From Nanobdellota archaeon (lineage in GTDB: Archaea; Nanobdellota; Nanobdellia; Woesearchaeales; GW2011-AR4): a stretch of DNA of 55,875 nucleotides. How positions within the stretch are numbered: position 1 is the stretch's first letter; each line of letters begins with the position of its first letter. The position numbers and the translations under genes are program-made. Under the pieces are notes generated by a model, which made no database searches, had not been told where the DNA came from, and saw nothing but the letters and a program-made list of their open reading frames with translations. This document shows positions 45,096 to 55,064 of this stretch, in pieces. The stretch lies in contig JBBSWH010000002.1 in the NCBI GenBank assembly GCA_038046385.1, positions 1 to 55,875 of the forward strand, in the 5' to 3' direction.

Positions 45096-47558
45096 CTATC
45101 TTTGGATATTCTCCCTGTATTTTCTTATCGCTATCTCGATTAAAAACAAAAGCATTGCGATTATCGCAAACGGCCACCTGTAATCTGTTGACTCAATTTT
45201 TATTCTTTTCGATTTTGCGCGTATGAACTCTATTATGCTTTTTGTGTCTTCCGGGTCAAATGTTTTTCCTCCGGTTTTCTCGACAAGATTGGTAAATTCA
45301 GGGTGTATTCCCAAATTAGAATACTCATCATTATAATTGACTGCAAAAGTTGCGCCGAGTATTTCCTTAAACCCGATTTCTTTCTGGCTGTATGAAGCTG
45401 AATAAAAGTTTGTGTCCACTTTTGCAAATGAAAGGCCGTCTGATTTCGGCATTTCTCTCGATATAACATTTACTGATGCAGTCTTTCCGACAACAGTGTC
45501 TCTTATGGTAACATCATATGCTTTTTTCCTCCCCAAATCGCCGATTGCCCAGTTTATGCTCCTTGTCACAAGCTTTGAATTTTCTTTTGACAGTAAATCC
45601 CCGGACCATTTTAATCCGTCATCTGTTGAAAGCGTCACAACTCTTCCAAGCCCGAATCTCCATACAACAAGTATCGGGATGTTTTTCTGCGTCGTCACAA
45701 GCGTTCTTGCAGCCGGCTTTGGTACAACATAATTATATCCTGAAATTGTAGCGTGCATGTTATCCATTCCCAGTGTTATGAAATGAGTCGTGTCAATCGG
45801 GATAAGGGTGTTATAAAACTCTTCTCCTTTCCCGTCCTGCTCGCCAAATTGGACTGAAAGCTTGTTTGTTGCGTCTGCCTTATAGTAGATTCCCTCTCCA
45901 AGCGCAGCAATGTTTCCGAGGAAAAGGCTGTTTTCATCTGCAGTTGTATCAGTGTCTGTTCCAACGCCGACAACAAACACTTTTGTTCCAAGCGCGTTGA
46001 TGTTTCTGACAACACTCAATGTGTCCTGCCTTAATTGATCATATGTTGTCTTTCCGTCGCTTACAAAAATTATGTTCTTGCTTCCTCCGGTTTTGCTCAG
46101 CATCTGATATCCGCCCTGCAATCCAATGTCAAAACAGGATTGGCCGTCAAACTTTAATCTTGAAATTTTATCCTTAAGCTCGGCTTTTACCTCTTTCAGC
46201 GGTTTTATTCCGCTTGTTATGTCAAAAGCCCTGCACGGAGCATATCCGAATGCAACAGCCCCTACATTGTTCTTGTCGCTAAGGCTGTCAACCACGCTTA
46301 ATGCAAGCGCTTTCTCGACTGCAATGTACTCTTCTGTTCCGATTGAGATATCTATGACAATTACAACATTTACATCGCTCTTGTTCTGCTCCTCGCTTGC
46401 GCCCATCTTGACAGGAAGAAGCGTCTCAAGCATCGTTCCCTTATACCCTCCCCTGTCAAATGAATTTTCCCCGCCTATGAACATCAGCCCGTTTCCGTCC
46501 GAGACGTAATCGCTCATCATATTTACTTGAGTGGCTATTTTTGATCCCGGCACATCATTTACAATCACAGCCATATAGTCAGAAATGTCATTTGGAACTG
46601 AAGTTTTTACATCAACTTCATAGATTTTTCCAAGCTCTCTTGCCAGCGGCGAATTCTCTTCAGTTACATAAAGCAGCTTTGGCCTTGGAACTATTTTAAT
46701 GCTCTTGTAATGTGCATTGTTGTTCTTGAAGTAGTCATCTCCCCCGATATCTACAAGCTGTGCAGTGATTTTATGATACTCCCCTTCAGAAAACTTTCTG
46801 GAAAATGGAAATACTACTGAGGAAGAGCCTTTTTGCTCCATTATCAGGCTTGCATCATCAGAATAAACCTGCAGTGTATAGGGTATATTTTTTCCAACCA
46901 CAGAAACCCTGACAATAAAATCCCCTTCTGTGTCCTTGATTAATTCCGGAGGGCCGTCAACAAAAACCCCGACATCATTTTTTACAGCATCCATCTTAAG
47001 AGTGCTTACGCTGGAGTTTATGTTTGAAGCAAAAAGCATGATATCACCAAGAAGTTTTCCTTCATTATTGGCTCCGTCCGTTATAACCATAACATTGTCA
47101 TCGCCTTCTATGTTGTTCAGTATTCCATTGCCTATTGCAGAAGATTCTCCGTTTGCAATTGTCCTTATCTGGACAGGCACTACTCCCTCCAGTTTTTTGT
47201 ATAGGTCATAGGCAATTTCAGAATTATAAAGCGCCATTGAACTCGAGTTATCAACTAAAATTGTCAGCCGCGGGTCTCCCTGGACTGTTTTGTTCTCAAG
47301 AACAAACGGAGATGCTATTGCCATCATTACAAAAGCAATTGCCAGGCTCCTCAAAAACAGGATTATTCTTCTGTCTGTCTTCTTTGACTTAAGGTAGTTA
47401 TCAAGCTCAAGTTTATTCTGGAATTTTACAAAAGTCCTTCTTGTAAACCAGAAAAGAAAAAGAAGCATCGGAACTATAGCTACCAGAACATAAGAATACC
47501 TTACGCAGTATTTTGACATGCAGTATATGCTGGAATAATCTGGAATAATGAAACTCAT
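45096..47558 (-). CDS. Membrane vWA-domain protein (two vWA-like domains + GATase-like segment)
   Basis: DNSSSM MIDAS, TDG, GGENSFDRGGY, second DISIGT/SDG, WRFGLGRV; terminal TMs. Confidence 0.88.
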   Translation of the reverse strand: MSFIIPDYSSIYCMSKYCVRYSYVLVAIVPMLLFLFWFTRRTFVKFQNKLELDNYLKSKKTDRRIILFLRSLAIAFVMMAIASPFVLENKTVQGDPRLTILVDNSSSMALYNSEIAYDLYKKLEGVVPVQIRTIANGESSAIGNGILNNIEGDDNVMVITDGANNEGKLLGDIMLFASNINSSVSTLKMDAVKNDVGVFVDGPPELIKDTEGDFIVRVSVVGKNIPYTLQVYSDDASLIMEQKGSSSVVFPFSRKFSEGEYHKITAQLVDIGGDDYFKNNNAHYKSIKIVPRPKLLYVTEENSPLARELGKIYEVDVKTSVPNDISDYMAVIVNDVPGSKIATQVNMMSDYVSDGNGLMFIGGENSFDRGGYKGTMLETLLPVKMGASEEQNKSDVNVVIVIDISIGTEEYIAVEKALALSVVDSLSDKNNVGAVAFGYAPCRAFDITSGIKPLKEVKAELKDKISRLKFDGQSCFDIGLQGGYQMLSKTGGSKNIIFVSDGKTTYDQLRQDTLSVVRNINALGTKVFVVGVGTDTDTTADENSLFLGNIAALGEGIYYKADATNKLSVQFGEQDGKGEEFYNTLIPIDTTHFITLGMDNMHATISGYNYVVPKPAARTLVTTQKNIPILVVWRFGLGRVVTLSTDDGLKWSGDLLSKENSKLVTRSINWAIGDLGRKKAYDVTIRDTVVGKTASVNVISREMPKSDGLSFAKVDTNFYSASYSQKEIGFKEILGATFAVNYNDEYSNLGIHPEFTNLVEKTGGKTFDPEDTKSIIEFIRAKSKRIKIESTDYRWPFAIIAMLLFLIEIAIRKYRENIQR

Positions 47559-49426
47559 AGGTCGCCCCTCCTCTTGATGTAGATAAATTCTGTAACCATC
47601 AGCAAAAATGCAAGGAGCATTAGCGGAAGCTCAAGGTTAAAATCGTGCTGCTTGCTTTCCCTGTCAAGCAAAAGTTCCCCGCTGTCCTTTGATCCTGATT
47701 TTAGCACAGAAGCAACATCAGATTCTTTTTCATCTATAAGGTTTGCTGCATGCTTCTTTCCGTCGTACTCGTATATTCCTGCTTCATCCATTATCAGCTT
47801 GGATGTTGTAACTGTTGATGACGGTGTTGTCACTTTCTGTTCACCTATAGTGTAAAGTTTTCCTGTCTTGAAATTAAAATCTTTTATGTCTTCTGTCTTT
47901 ACCATGAAGTTTATCATTGTTATCCAGAATATTGGGTAAGAAGGAAGCGTCTTGAAGTCGCTGGCCTGGTCCATTATGCCGTAATACGCGACTCTTCCGC
48001 CCTTTTTCTCGCCGTAGACTATCAGCGGCGTCTTGTCATCAGCAGAAGCAAATGTTATCGCCCCTTTTTTTGCCTCTCCGGAGAAATATGAAGCTGCTGT
48101 TGTGAAGCATCTTTCTTTTTCAAAATATTTTGTTACCTGGTTGATGGTTTCGACGCATACCTTTGTCGGCTTGTTGACTTTATTTTTAAGTTCGAATATG
48201 GAAAGGCTTTTTGTGTCAATTTCCTTGGAATCTTCCTGAACTGCAAGTATAAGGTTGCCTCCTTTCTCCACATAATCGGATATGTCATCAAAAGTTCCCG
48301 GCACAATGCCGTCTCTCTTGTTGACGTTGTTGATATTGTAGACTATTATAAGGTCATGCTTGTAAGGGTCTATCTTTTCCTTCTTTGTATTTACTGTAAG
48401 CACAGGCGGATTAACCACATTGAGCTCGACATCCTTTGCAGATGCAAGCGCAAACTCAAGATTGCTTGATTTTTCATTTGTGATGAGCAAAACAGATGTT
48501 TTTATTTTTGGGGGAGTTGCAATGTATGCAGTGTCGTCAACTAAAAAGTCGTCTTTAGGCTCAAGCTCAACTTTTGAAACCCCTGCCGGAGTGTCAAATA
48601 TGAAATTTTCAACAGAATGCGGCGCAATTGTAACTTTTATCTGCGTAATCACTTTATTGTCCTTGATAAGTTTTATTGTAGTTTCCCTTGCCTCATTGTT
48701 GAAGTTTTTTACATAGGCTTTTGTATTGTATTTTGTGACTTCAAGTTTGATTATGCCTGTATTTTTTGCATTGTTGGACACATCAATAAAATCCACAAGC
48801 TTCTCTTCTGAAGAGAGCATTGCCTTAACAACACTAACATCCGGCCCTTCTGTTGAGATAAAATCGCTGAATACTACAATTCTTCCGGGCCTTTCTCCGA
48901 GTATGTCTTTTGCGAGAAGCAGGGAATCTCCAAGATTCGTTGTTGTGGCTTTTGGCTTTACTTTTGAAAGCACATCAAGCGCAACATCGGTATTTTCATT
49001 TTCAAGAACTATAAGAGGAATGTTTTCTGCAAGTATTATTGTGTTTTTTCCGCTTAAAGCGCCTTTAGCCCCTTCAAGAGCCCTGTCAAACCTTGAAGCC
49101 CCTTTTTCTTTTGCCTGCATAGAAGCGCTTACATCTAATATTATGACTGTGTTCTCAAGTGTTGTGTCATATTTCAGTTTTACATACGGAGCAGCTGCAA
49201 CAAGCGCAAGCCCAAGTATTATCAAAAGCTGCATTAAGAAGAGGAGATTTGTCATCAGCTTCTGGAAAAAGAAGAACTGCTTTGATTTCTTGTTATCCTG
49301 CATGATAAACATCAATGAAGGTATTATTTTATCCTGCGGCTTCGGCCTCCTTAAATAAAGTATCAGGAATATCAGTGCTGCTATCAGCGCCCATAATCCT
49401 AACGGCCTTTGGAACGGAAGATTCAT
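47555..49426 (-). CDS. BatA-domain/vWA membrane protein
   Basis: PLGLWAL..LYLRRPKP..IPSLMF BatA N-terminus, DVSASM MIDAS, C-terminal TM. Confidence 0.9.
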   Translation of the reverse strand: MNLPFQRPLGLWALIAALIFLILYLRRPKPQDKIIPSLMFIMQDNKKSKQFFFFQKLMTNLLFLMQLLIILGLALVAAAPYVKLKYDTTLENTVIILDVSASMQAKEKGASRFDRALEGAKGALSGKNTIILAENIPLIVLENENTDVALDVLSKVKPKATTTNLGDSLLLAKDILGERPGRIVVFSDFISTEGPDVSVVKAMLSSEEKLVDFIDVSNNAKNTGIIKLEVTKYNTKAYVKNFNNEARETTIKLIKDNKVITQIKVTIAPHSVENFIFDTPAGVSKVELEPKDDFLVDDTAYIATPPKIKTSVLLITNEKSSNLEFALASAKDVELNVVNPPVLTVNTKKEKIDPYKHDLIIVYNINNVNKRDGIVPGTFDDISDYVEKGGNLILAVQEDSKEIDTKSLSIFELKNKVNKPTKVCVETINQVTKYFEKERCFTTAASYFSGEAKKGAITFASADDKTPLIVYGEKKGGRVAYYGIMDQASDFKTLPSYPIFWITMINFMVKTEDIKDFNFKTGKLYTIGEQKVTTPSSTVTTSKLIMDEAGIYEYDGKKHAANLIDEKESDVASVLKSGSKDSGELLLDRESKQHDFNLELPLMLLAFLLMVTEFIYIKRRGDL

Positions 49427-49629
49427 TTGGATTTCCTCTTTTTGTTTAATATTAAAGACATCAGGTCTTTCGGATTCAAAACGTCTTTTACAAGAACAAG
49501 CACATCCCCTATGCTGTACCAGTATGCGTCAGAGCCTTCGCTGACTTTAATGCCGTCTCTTGCCTCTTTCGGCAGGGTCAGCTGCCCGGTGCTCGTCAGC
49601 TTTGATTTGCCTATGAATCTTGCTTCCAT
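49423..49629 (-). CDS. AbrB/MazE-family DNA-binding protein leading the vWA operon
   Basis: SKLTSTGQLTLPKEAR..EG; ATGA overlap with the next gene. Confidence 0.85.
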   Translation of the reverse strand: MEARFIGKSKLTSTGQLTLPKEARDGIKVSEGSDAYWYSIGDVLVLVKDVLNPKDLMSLILNKKRKSK

Positions 49630-49759
49630 TTATTAATTTTAATAATATTAATAGTTTTTGTTGATTTTGTATAATTATTAAAATTAATATTTATAAGCTT
49701 TGCGGTTTTGGCTGCTTTATTCAATAAAATATATAAATAAACGGCAAATAATCAGCCTT

Positions 49760-51712
49760 ATGCCAACAATAAAGGTAACTTTGCCGGACGGAAGCGTGCA
49801 CGAGCATCCAAGAGGGATTACTGCAGGGGAAATTGCGCTGAAAATAGGAAAAAGGCTTGCAGAAGATGCTGTCGCTGCAAAAGTAAACGGGGAATTAAAA
49901 GACCTTGACAGCCATATAAATGAAGACGCTGCATTGCAGATTATTACATTAAAGAACAGCGAAGGGCTTGATTGTCTGCGCCACAGCATAGCGCATCTTC
50001 TTGCAGCGGCAGTTATGGAAATGTGGCCCGACACCAAAAGAACAATCGGGCCGCCTATAGAGAACGGGTTCTATTATGATTTTGAGTTCACCCATAAGAT
50101 TTCAGAAGAAGACTTGCCAAAGATAGAGGCAAAGATGCGCGAGATTCTTCCGGCATGGGATAAATTTGAGAGATCAGAACATAGTTCAGCAGACGCAAAA
50201 AAAGAATTCCATGACAACAAATTCAAGCTTGAGCTTATTGATGAATTTTCCAGCGAGGGAAAAAAACTGACATTCTACAAGTCAGGAAATTATGTTGATT
50301 TATGCAAAGGCGGCCATTTGCCGAGCATGAAAAAAGTAAAGCCAGACGCATTCAAGCTGACAAATATTGCTGGAGCCTACTGGAGAGGAAGCGAAAAAAA
50401 CACAATGCTTACCAGAATTTATGCAGTTGCATTCCCGACAAAAAAAGAGCTTGATGATTACCTAAAACAGCAGGAAGAAGCTGAGAAAAGGGACCATAAA
50501 AAGATTGGAAGAGAATTGGGATTGTTCATGTCGCACGAGCTTGTAGGAAAAGGACTCCCAATCTGGCTTCCAAAAGGCGAGATAATAAAGAGAGAAATAG
50601 AAAATTTTGCAATCAACACAGAAAGAAAAGCCGGCTATCAGCGTGTTTCAACCCCGATGCTGGCAAAAAAAGAGCTGTTCATCAAATCCGGCCATCTGCC
50701 TTATTACAAGGAATCGATGTTTCCTGAAATGAAGCTTGACGACGGAGATTATGTGCTGAAGGCAATGAACTGCCCGCACCACCATTTAATTTACAGCCAC
50801 AAGTCAAGAAGCTACCGCGATTTGCCATTAAGAATTTCAGAGTACGGAATCTGCCACCGTTATGAATTATCAGGCACTTTGGCAGGATTGCTAAGAGTAA
50901 GAATGCTGACAATGAATGATGCGCACATTTACTGCAGGAAAGAGCAGATAGAAGAAGAGTTTGAAAGGGTAATAAAGCTGGTAGTGAATCATTACAAAGT
51001 TTTTGGATTGGAAGATTATTATTTTAGATTATCTCTTCACGACCCTGAAAACAAAGAAAAATACATTGACGAGCCTGAAAACTGGAAATTTTCAGAAAAT
51101 GCCTTAAGAGATGTTTTGAAAAAGATGAATGTGAAGTTTGTTGAGGCAAAAGATGAAGCTGCCTTCTACGGCCCAAAAGTAGATATACAATATAGGGCAG
51201 TTACCGGAAGAGAAGAGTCAATGTCCACCATTCAGCTTGATTTTGCGGCAAAAAAAAGATTTGGATTAAAATATGCTGACAAGGACAATACTGAAAACAA
51301 TGAAGTTTACGTAATACACCGGGCTCCATTGTCAACGCACGAAAGATTCATGGCATTCTTGATTGAGCATTATGCAGGAAAGTTCCCGTTGTGGCTTGCG
51401 CCGGTTCAGGTGCGGATATTGACAGTGGCTGACAGGTTTGAACCTTATGCAAATAAAATAAAAGATGCTCTTGATGAACATGATGTAAGGGTTGAAGTTG
51501 ATGCAAGAACTGAGAGCATCGGCTACAAAGTAAGGGAAGCGCAGGCTGAGAAGATTCCGTTAATTGTAACTGTTGGTGAAAAAGAAGAATATTCTGAAAC
51601 AGTTGCAATAAGAACAATGGATAATCTTGTTAAGTTTAATGTCAAGATAGAAGAGTTTGTACAGAAAGTTCTAAGCAACATTAAAGAAAAGAAAATTAAG
51701 GTTGAGTTGTGA
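49760..51712 (+). CDS. thrS: Threonine-tRNA ligase (bacterial-type, TGS + editing domain)
   Basis: RHSIAH, DLCKGGH, RDHKKIG, KAMNCP, HRYE, AFYGPK, TIQLDF, HRA, ERF motifs. Confidence 0.97.
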   Translation: MPTIKVTLPDGSVHEHPRGITAGEIALKIGKRLAEDAVAAKVNGELKDLDSHINEDAALQIITLKNSEGLDCLRHSIAHLLAAAVMEMWPDTKRTIGPPIENGFYYDFEFTHKISEEDLPKIEAKMREILPAWDKFERSEHSSADAKKEFHDNKFKLELIDEFSSEGKKLTFYKSGNYVDLCKGGHLPSMKKVKPDAFKLTNIAGAYWRGSEKNTMLTRIYAVAFPTKKELDDYLKQQEEAEKRDHKKIGRELGLFMSHELVGKGLPIWLPKGEIIKREIENFAINTERKAGYQRVSTPMLAKKELFIKSGHLPYYKESMFPEMKLDDGDYVLKAMNCPHHHLIYSHKSRSYRDLPLRISEYGICHRYELSGTLAGLLRVRMLTMNDAHIYCRKEQIEEEFERVIKLVVNHYKVFGLEDYYFRLSLHDPENKEKYIDEPENWKFSENALRDVLKKMNVKFVEAKDEAAFYGPKVDIQYRAVTGREESMSTIQLDFAAKKRFGLKYADKDNTENNEVYVIHRAPLSTHERFMAFLIEHYAGKFPLWLAPVQVRILTVADRFEPYANKIKDALDEHDVRVEVDARTESIGYKVREAQAEKIPLIVTVGEKEEYSETVAIRTMDNLVKFNVKIEEFVQKVLSNIKEKKIKVEL

Positions 51713-52001
51713 TTGGCTGAAGGGGCGGGCTGGTTTGCTCAAGAAGGTATTCAAACATCCTTGTTCTTAGTCCTAATTGTGGGTATGGTCTGGCGAGTTC
51801 ATCACGCAGGATTGTGGCAGTGCCCAAGAGAGACATCAATAAAGACGTTCCGGGAGTGAGCAACTCTTTTTCCATTCGTATAAGTTCCACTAGATTGCCC
51901 ATTTCTGCACAAGCTATGAAGTGGTTTCCCTGCTGAATCCAGGGTTTAACATCTGATTCATACTTTTGTTTCCATGCTTCAACTAGCTCTTGGATTTCCA
52001 T
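51696..52001 (-). CDS. Hypothetical cargo protein between thrS 3'-end copies 1 and 2
   Basis: 101-aa ORF, Lys-poor, TATA-like TTTATAA about 25 bp upstream. Confidence 0.65.
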   Translation of the reverse strand: MEIQELVEAWKQKYESDVKPWIQQGNHFIACAEMGNLVELIRMEKELLTPGTSLLMSLLGTATILRDELARPYPQLGLRTRMFEYLLEQTSPPLQPITTQP

Positions 52002-52035
52002 ACCTATCAGAAAGCCGCACCAAGTTATAAATATT

Positions 52036-52068
52036 ATTAAAGAAAAGAAGATTAAGGTTGAGTTGTAA
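52036..52068 (+). pseudogene. Stranded thrS 3' end, copy 2 (IKEKKIKVEL*)
   Basis: 31/33 nt identical to 51680-51712; both changes silent. Confidence 0.9.
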
Positions 52069-52069
52069 G

Positions 52070-52735
52070 CTATTTTGTCAGCTTACATGTTAAGGTTTGT
52101 ATATTTAGTCCTGCAACTTCACATTCTCCTTGAGAAAGATCAATTCCATTTAATCTTAATCTGCCAACAATCTCTATCAATTCATAAAAAGTTAATGAAG
52201 ATTTAATAGAATCAGCCATTGTCACGACATCTATTGTTCCCGCTTCTTCCATCATTTGGAGCGCACTTAATTGACCCATACTTGTGTCTCTAGAAAAATC
52301 ATAGATTAATACCCTACCTTTTTGATTTGTAACTCTTAGCAGTTCTCCAATCGCTTTTTGAGGATCTTCAAAATGATGAAGGGAAGCCCAGCATATTACT
52401 GCATCATAAAAACTATCAGGCTCTTGCAAATCGTAAACATCGCCAACCCTATAACTCAAGTTTGGAAGTCCTCCATTCATTTTTTGAGCCATATCTATTG
52501 CCATTGCGTCCTTATCAATTCCCACTACTGTTGATGCCGGGCATTCTCGAGCAATCATTCTTGTTAAGGATCCTGGGCCGCAAGGAACATCCAAAATAGT
52601 GTTAGCTCCTCTCAAATGTATTCTTTTATCCACGTCTTCAAAACGAGTTCTGTGGTAGTCCGCATCAAACCTAGCAGCATGTATTAGATATTTATAAGTG
52701 TTTGAATGCGGTTCAAGTATTCTTTCTATTGTCAT
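52070..52735 (-). CDS. Class I SAM-dependent methyltransferase (cargo)
   Basis: ILDVPCGPG, GID, YDAVICWASLHHF. Confidence 0.88.
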   Translation of the reverse strand: MTIERILEPHSNTYKYLIHAARFDADYHRTRFEDVDKRIHLRGANTILDVPCGPGSLTRMIARECPASTVVGIDKDAMAIDMAQKMNGGLPNLSYRVGDVYDLQEPDSFYDAVICWASLHHFEDPQKAIGELLRVTNQKGRVLIYDFSRDTSMGQLSALQMMEEAGTIDVVTMADSIKSSLTFYELIEIVGRLRLNGIDLSQGECEVAGLNIQTLTCKLTK

Positions 52736-52794
52736 ACGATAGAAAAAAGGTACATATAATATAAATGTTTTCTTTGTAACTACTTAAAAGTTAT

Positions 52795-52829
52795 AATATT
52801 AAAAATAAAAAATAAAAGTGGAACTCTAA
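52795..52829 (+). pseudogene. Stranded thrS 3' end, copy 3 (NIKNK-KIKVEL*, one A lost)
   Basis: AAT ATT AAA AAT AA- AAA ATA AAA GTG GAA CTC TAA encodes the ThrS C-terminus with different codons. Confidence 0.65.
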
Positions 52830-55046
52830 TTATTCCACTGCAACAGCGCCACTGCTTCCTGAGCTTGCAACTGCAACCTCTTCTGAGCCCTTTGTCAGAT
52901 AAGGCATAGGGTAAGGATACTCTTGCGGTTTCTCGTAAGGCAATTTAACCGTGCTTATCTCCTTGACATCATCAAGATTGTTTGCCTTTATCTTTCCAAG
53001 CGAGACTGTGTAAAGCGTGTTGTCCATAAACAAGCTTCTTCTCACAGAATTTGGCGAGCCGTACCAGTACCAGTCCTGCTGCTCGTCGCCTTCATTATGA
53101 GTTATCTTGCCTCTTACTTCGAATCCGTTATCATTCAAAGTAAAGACATAAGCGCCCTGCCATAGTTTTTGCCTGTAATAGCCAAGCCTGCTGTCGTAAG
53201 TCGGCTTGCCCTTGACTTCGCTCACAGGTATGACGAGCAGATTCTTTTCCTTGTTGAACAAAAATGCCTTGTGGTCGTTCAGTGCTTCTGATTCTGTGCC
53301 TGCCTCTCCGATCACATAAGTGTCAACCGGTTTTGGATTTGCGACATCTGAAACGTCAAACAAAGCTAATTTCAATCCTTTTGTGGATATTCCGCCCCAT
53401 TCATTTGAATCGGTTTCTTTTCCTATTCCGATTATATGAGTTTCATCATAAGGATGCAGATAATCAGAGTACCCTGGTATCTTTAGCTCTCCAAGAACTT
53501 CCGGGTTCGATGGGTTTGACAAATCGATTACGAACAACGGGTCGATTCTCTTGAATGTCACCATGTAAAGCCTGTCTCCTATAAATCTTGTTGAATATAT
53601 TCTTTCATCCGGTGCAATTGCCTCAAGCTTCCCGATTGTTTCCATTCCGCCATTAAGCACAAACACATTGTTGTACAGCACAGATTTTTGCGCCCATATC
53701 TCGAATGTTGTTGCAACCCTTAAATTTCCGTCATTTTCGTCCATTGAAAACTGGTTAAGCAGATATCCCGGAACTTCTCCCTTTGCGCCGTATTCAATGT
53801 TTCCGTTGTCTATTCCTATTTTATGTATGACTGTTTTTCTCATATCAACCTGAAGCTTGATTTCATATTCCTCTGTAGCCTTTTCTATTTGGCCTATCAA
53901 ATCCTTCTTCGCCTCTTCATCCATTTGATTGTACATATCTTCCATTGCAGATGAAATTTCATCCCATTTCTCCTGCGGATTTAGTGAAGCATCATTCTTT
54001 GCATCATTTATCTTGCTTCTGACATCAGAAGGCAGCAATGGAACAACAACCTCGTAAAAGCGGTCTTCATCATGCGATTGCCAATATCTATAAGGCGGGT
54101 TTTTCTGGTATGCAATGTATATGTTTTTCTCCGAAACATACAGCGTTCCTGTGTAACCCATCATGAATGTTTTTGCATTGACTTTTTCATTGTCGTCAAA
54201 AATATTAAAAGATGCAACTGTGTTAAAATTGTAGTTTTCTTCCGGGTTGTCAAAGTAATAAACATCCGACCTTGCAACAATCTTTGATGATTCTCTTATC
54301 ATCGGCAAAACTATCGGCCCGCCGTAATAAAAATTCTTTGTTGAGACAAAATAAACATAATCCCCTATCATTCTTGATTCATAATAATAGCCGTCGATTT
54401 CATAGTCTTTTACGGCCTTTGGGTTCTTCCTGTCGCTTATGTCATAAACATAAACGTGCGTTGTTGGCTCATAGCTTGGCCTTGGCACAAAATCATACTG
54501 ATAGATTTTTAGGCTTTCGTCGTTGTCATCTGAAAATATTATTAATCTGTCCTTGTTGACAAGCATGTTTCTTGGATTCCCTTCAAGCTTTGTTTCTGAA
54601 ACAATCTTTGCTTTTTCTGCAGGATATACATCTGTAATGACAAGTTTGTTTTGTGTTATGACATAGATATGCTTGCCGTCATTCTTTACAAAATCTGCTT
54701 CATCAACACCTTCGACTTGTACATTTGTTGATGAATAATCTGATGAGGATTCTCCTGAGCCTGCTGATACAGATGAGTCTGCACTTGCTTTCATCATCGG
54801 AGCAGCAGATTCAGCCATCATTGTGCGTATTCCTCCGCTTCCCCCATAATACTGCCTTGTTCCTGACTCAACAGCGCCCTGCTTAAGGTAAGTTTCAATT
54901 TCTTCTGCAGATGAAAATTTCTTTAATTGCTGTGAAGTTTGTGATTGAGATTCATAAGGCAAGGTATTGCCGCATGATGCTATAAATATGCTAAGCACCA
55001 ATAATGTAAAAACCATAATTAATTTGTTTGATGTAGTTGTTTTCAT
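52830..55046 (-). CDS. Secreted beta-propeller domain protein (probable lipoprotein)
   Basis: IASC lipobox; YSSTNVQVEGVDEADFVKNDG, LLNQFSMDE, ERIYSTRF, DPLFVIDLS, GELKIPGYSDYLHP. Confidence 0.9.
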   Translation of the reverse strand: MKTTTSNKLIMVFTLLVLSIFIASCGNTLPYESQSQTSQQLKKFSSAEEIETYLKQGAVESGTRQYYGGSGGIRTMMAESAAPMMKASADSSVSAGSGESSSDYSSTNVQVEGVDEADFVKNDGKHIYVITQNKLVITDVYPAEKAKIVSETKLEGNPRNMLVNKDRLIIFSDDNDESLKIYQYDFVPRPSYEPTTHVYVYDISDRKNPKAVKDYEIDGYYYESRMIGDYVYFVSTKNFYYGGPIVLPMIRESSKIVARSDVYYFDNPEENYNFNTVASFNIFDDNEKVNAKTFMMGYTGTLYVSEKNIYIAYQKNPPYRYWQSHDEDRFYEVVVPLLPSDVRSKINDAKNDASLNPQEKWDEISSAMEDMYNQMDEEAKKDLIGQIEKATEEYEIKLQVDMRKTVIHKIGIDNGNIEYGAKGEVPGYLLNQFSMDENDGNLRVATTFEIWAQKSVLYNNVFVLNGGMETIGKLEAIAPDERIYSTRFIGDRLYMVTFKRIDPLFVIDLSNPSNPEVLGELKIPGYSDYLHPYDETHIIGIGKETDSNEWGGISTKGLKLALFDVSDVANPKPVDTYVIGEAGTESEALNDHKAFLFNKEKNLLVIPVSEVKGKPTYDSRLGYYRQKLWQGAYVFTLNDNGFEVRGKITHNEGDEQQDWYWYGSPNSVRRSLFMDNTLYTVSLGKIKANNLDDVKEISTVKLPYEKPQEYPYPMPYLTKGSEEVAVASSGSSGAVAVE

Positions 55047-55064
55047 GTTTGTTCACCTGTTTGT

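Noticed and set aside
48726-49358. 210-aa plus-strand ORF and similar antisense ORFs throughout
   Set aside because: Fully overlap well-supported genes on the opposite strand.
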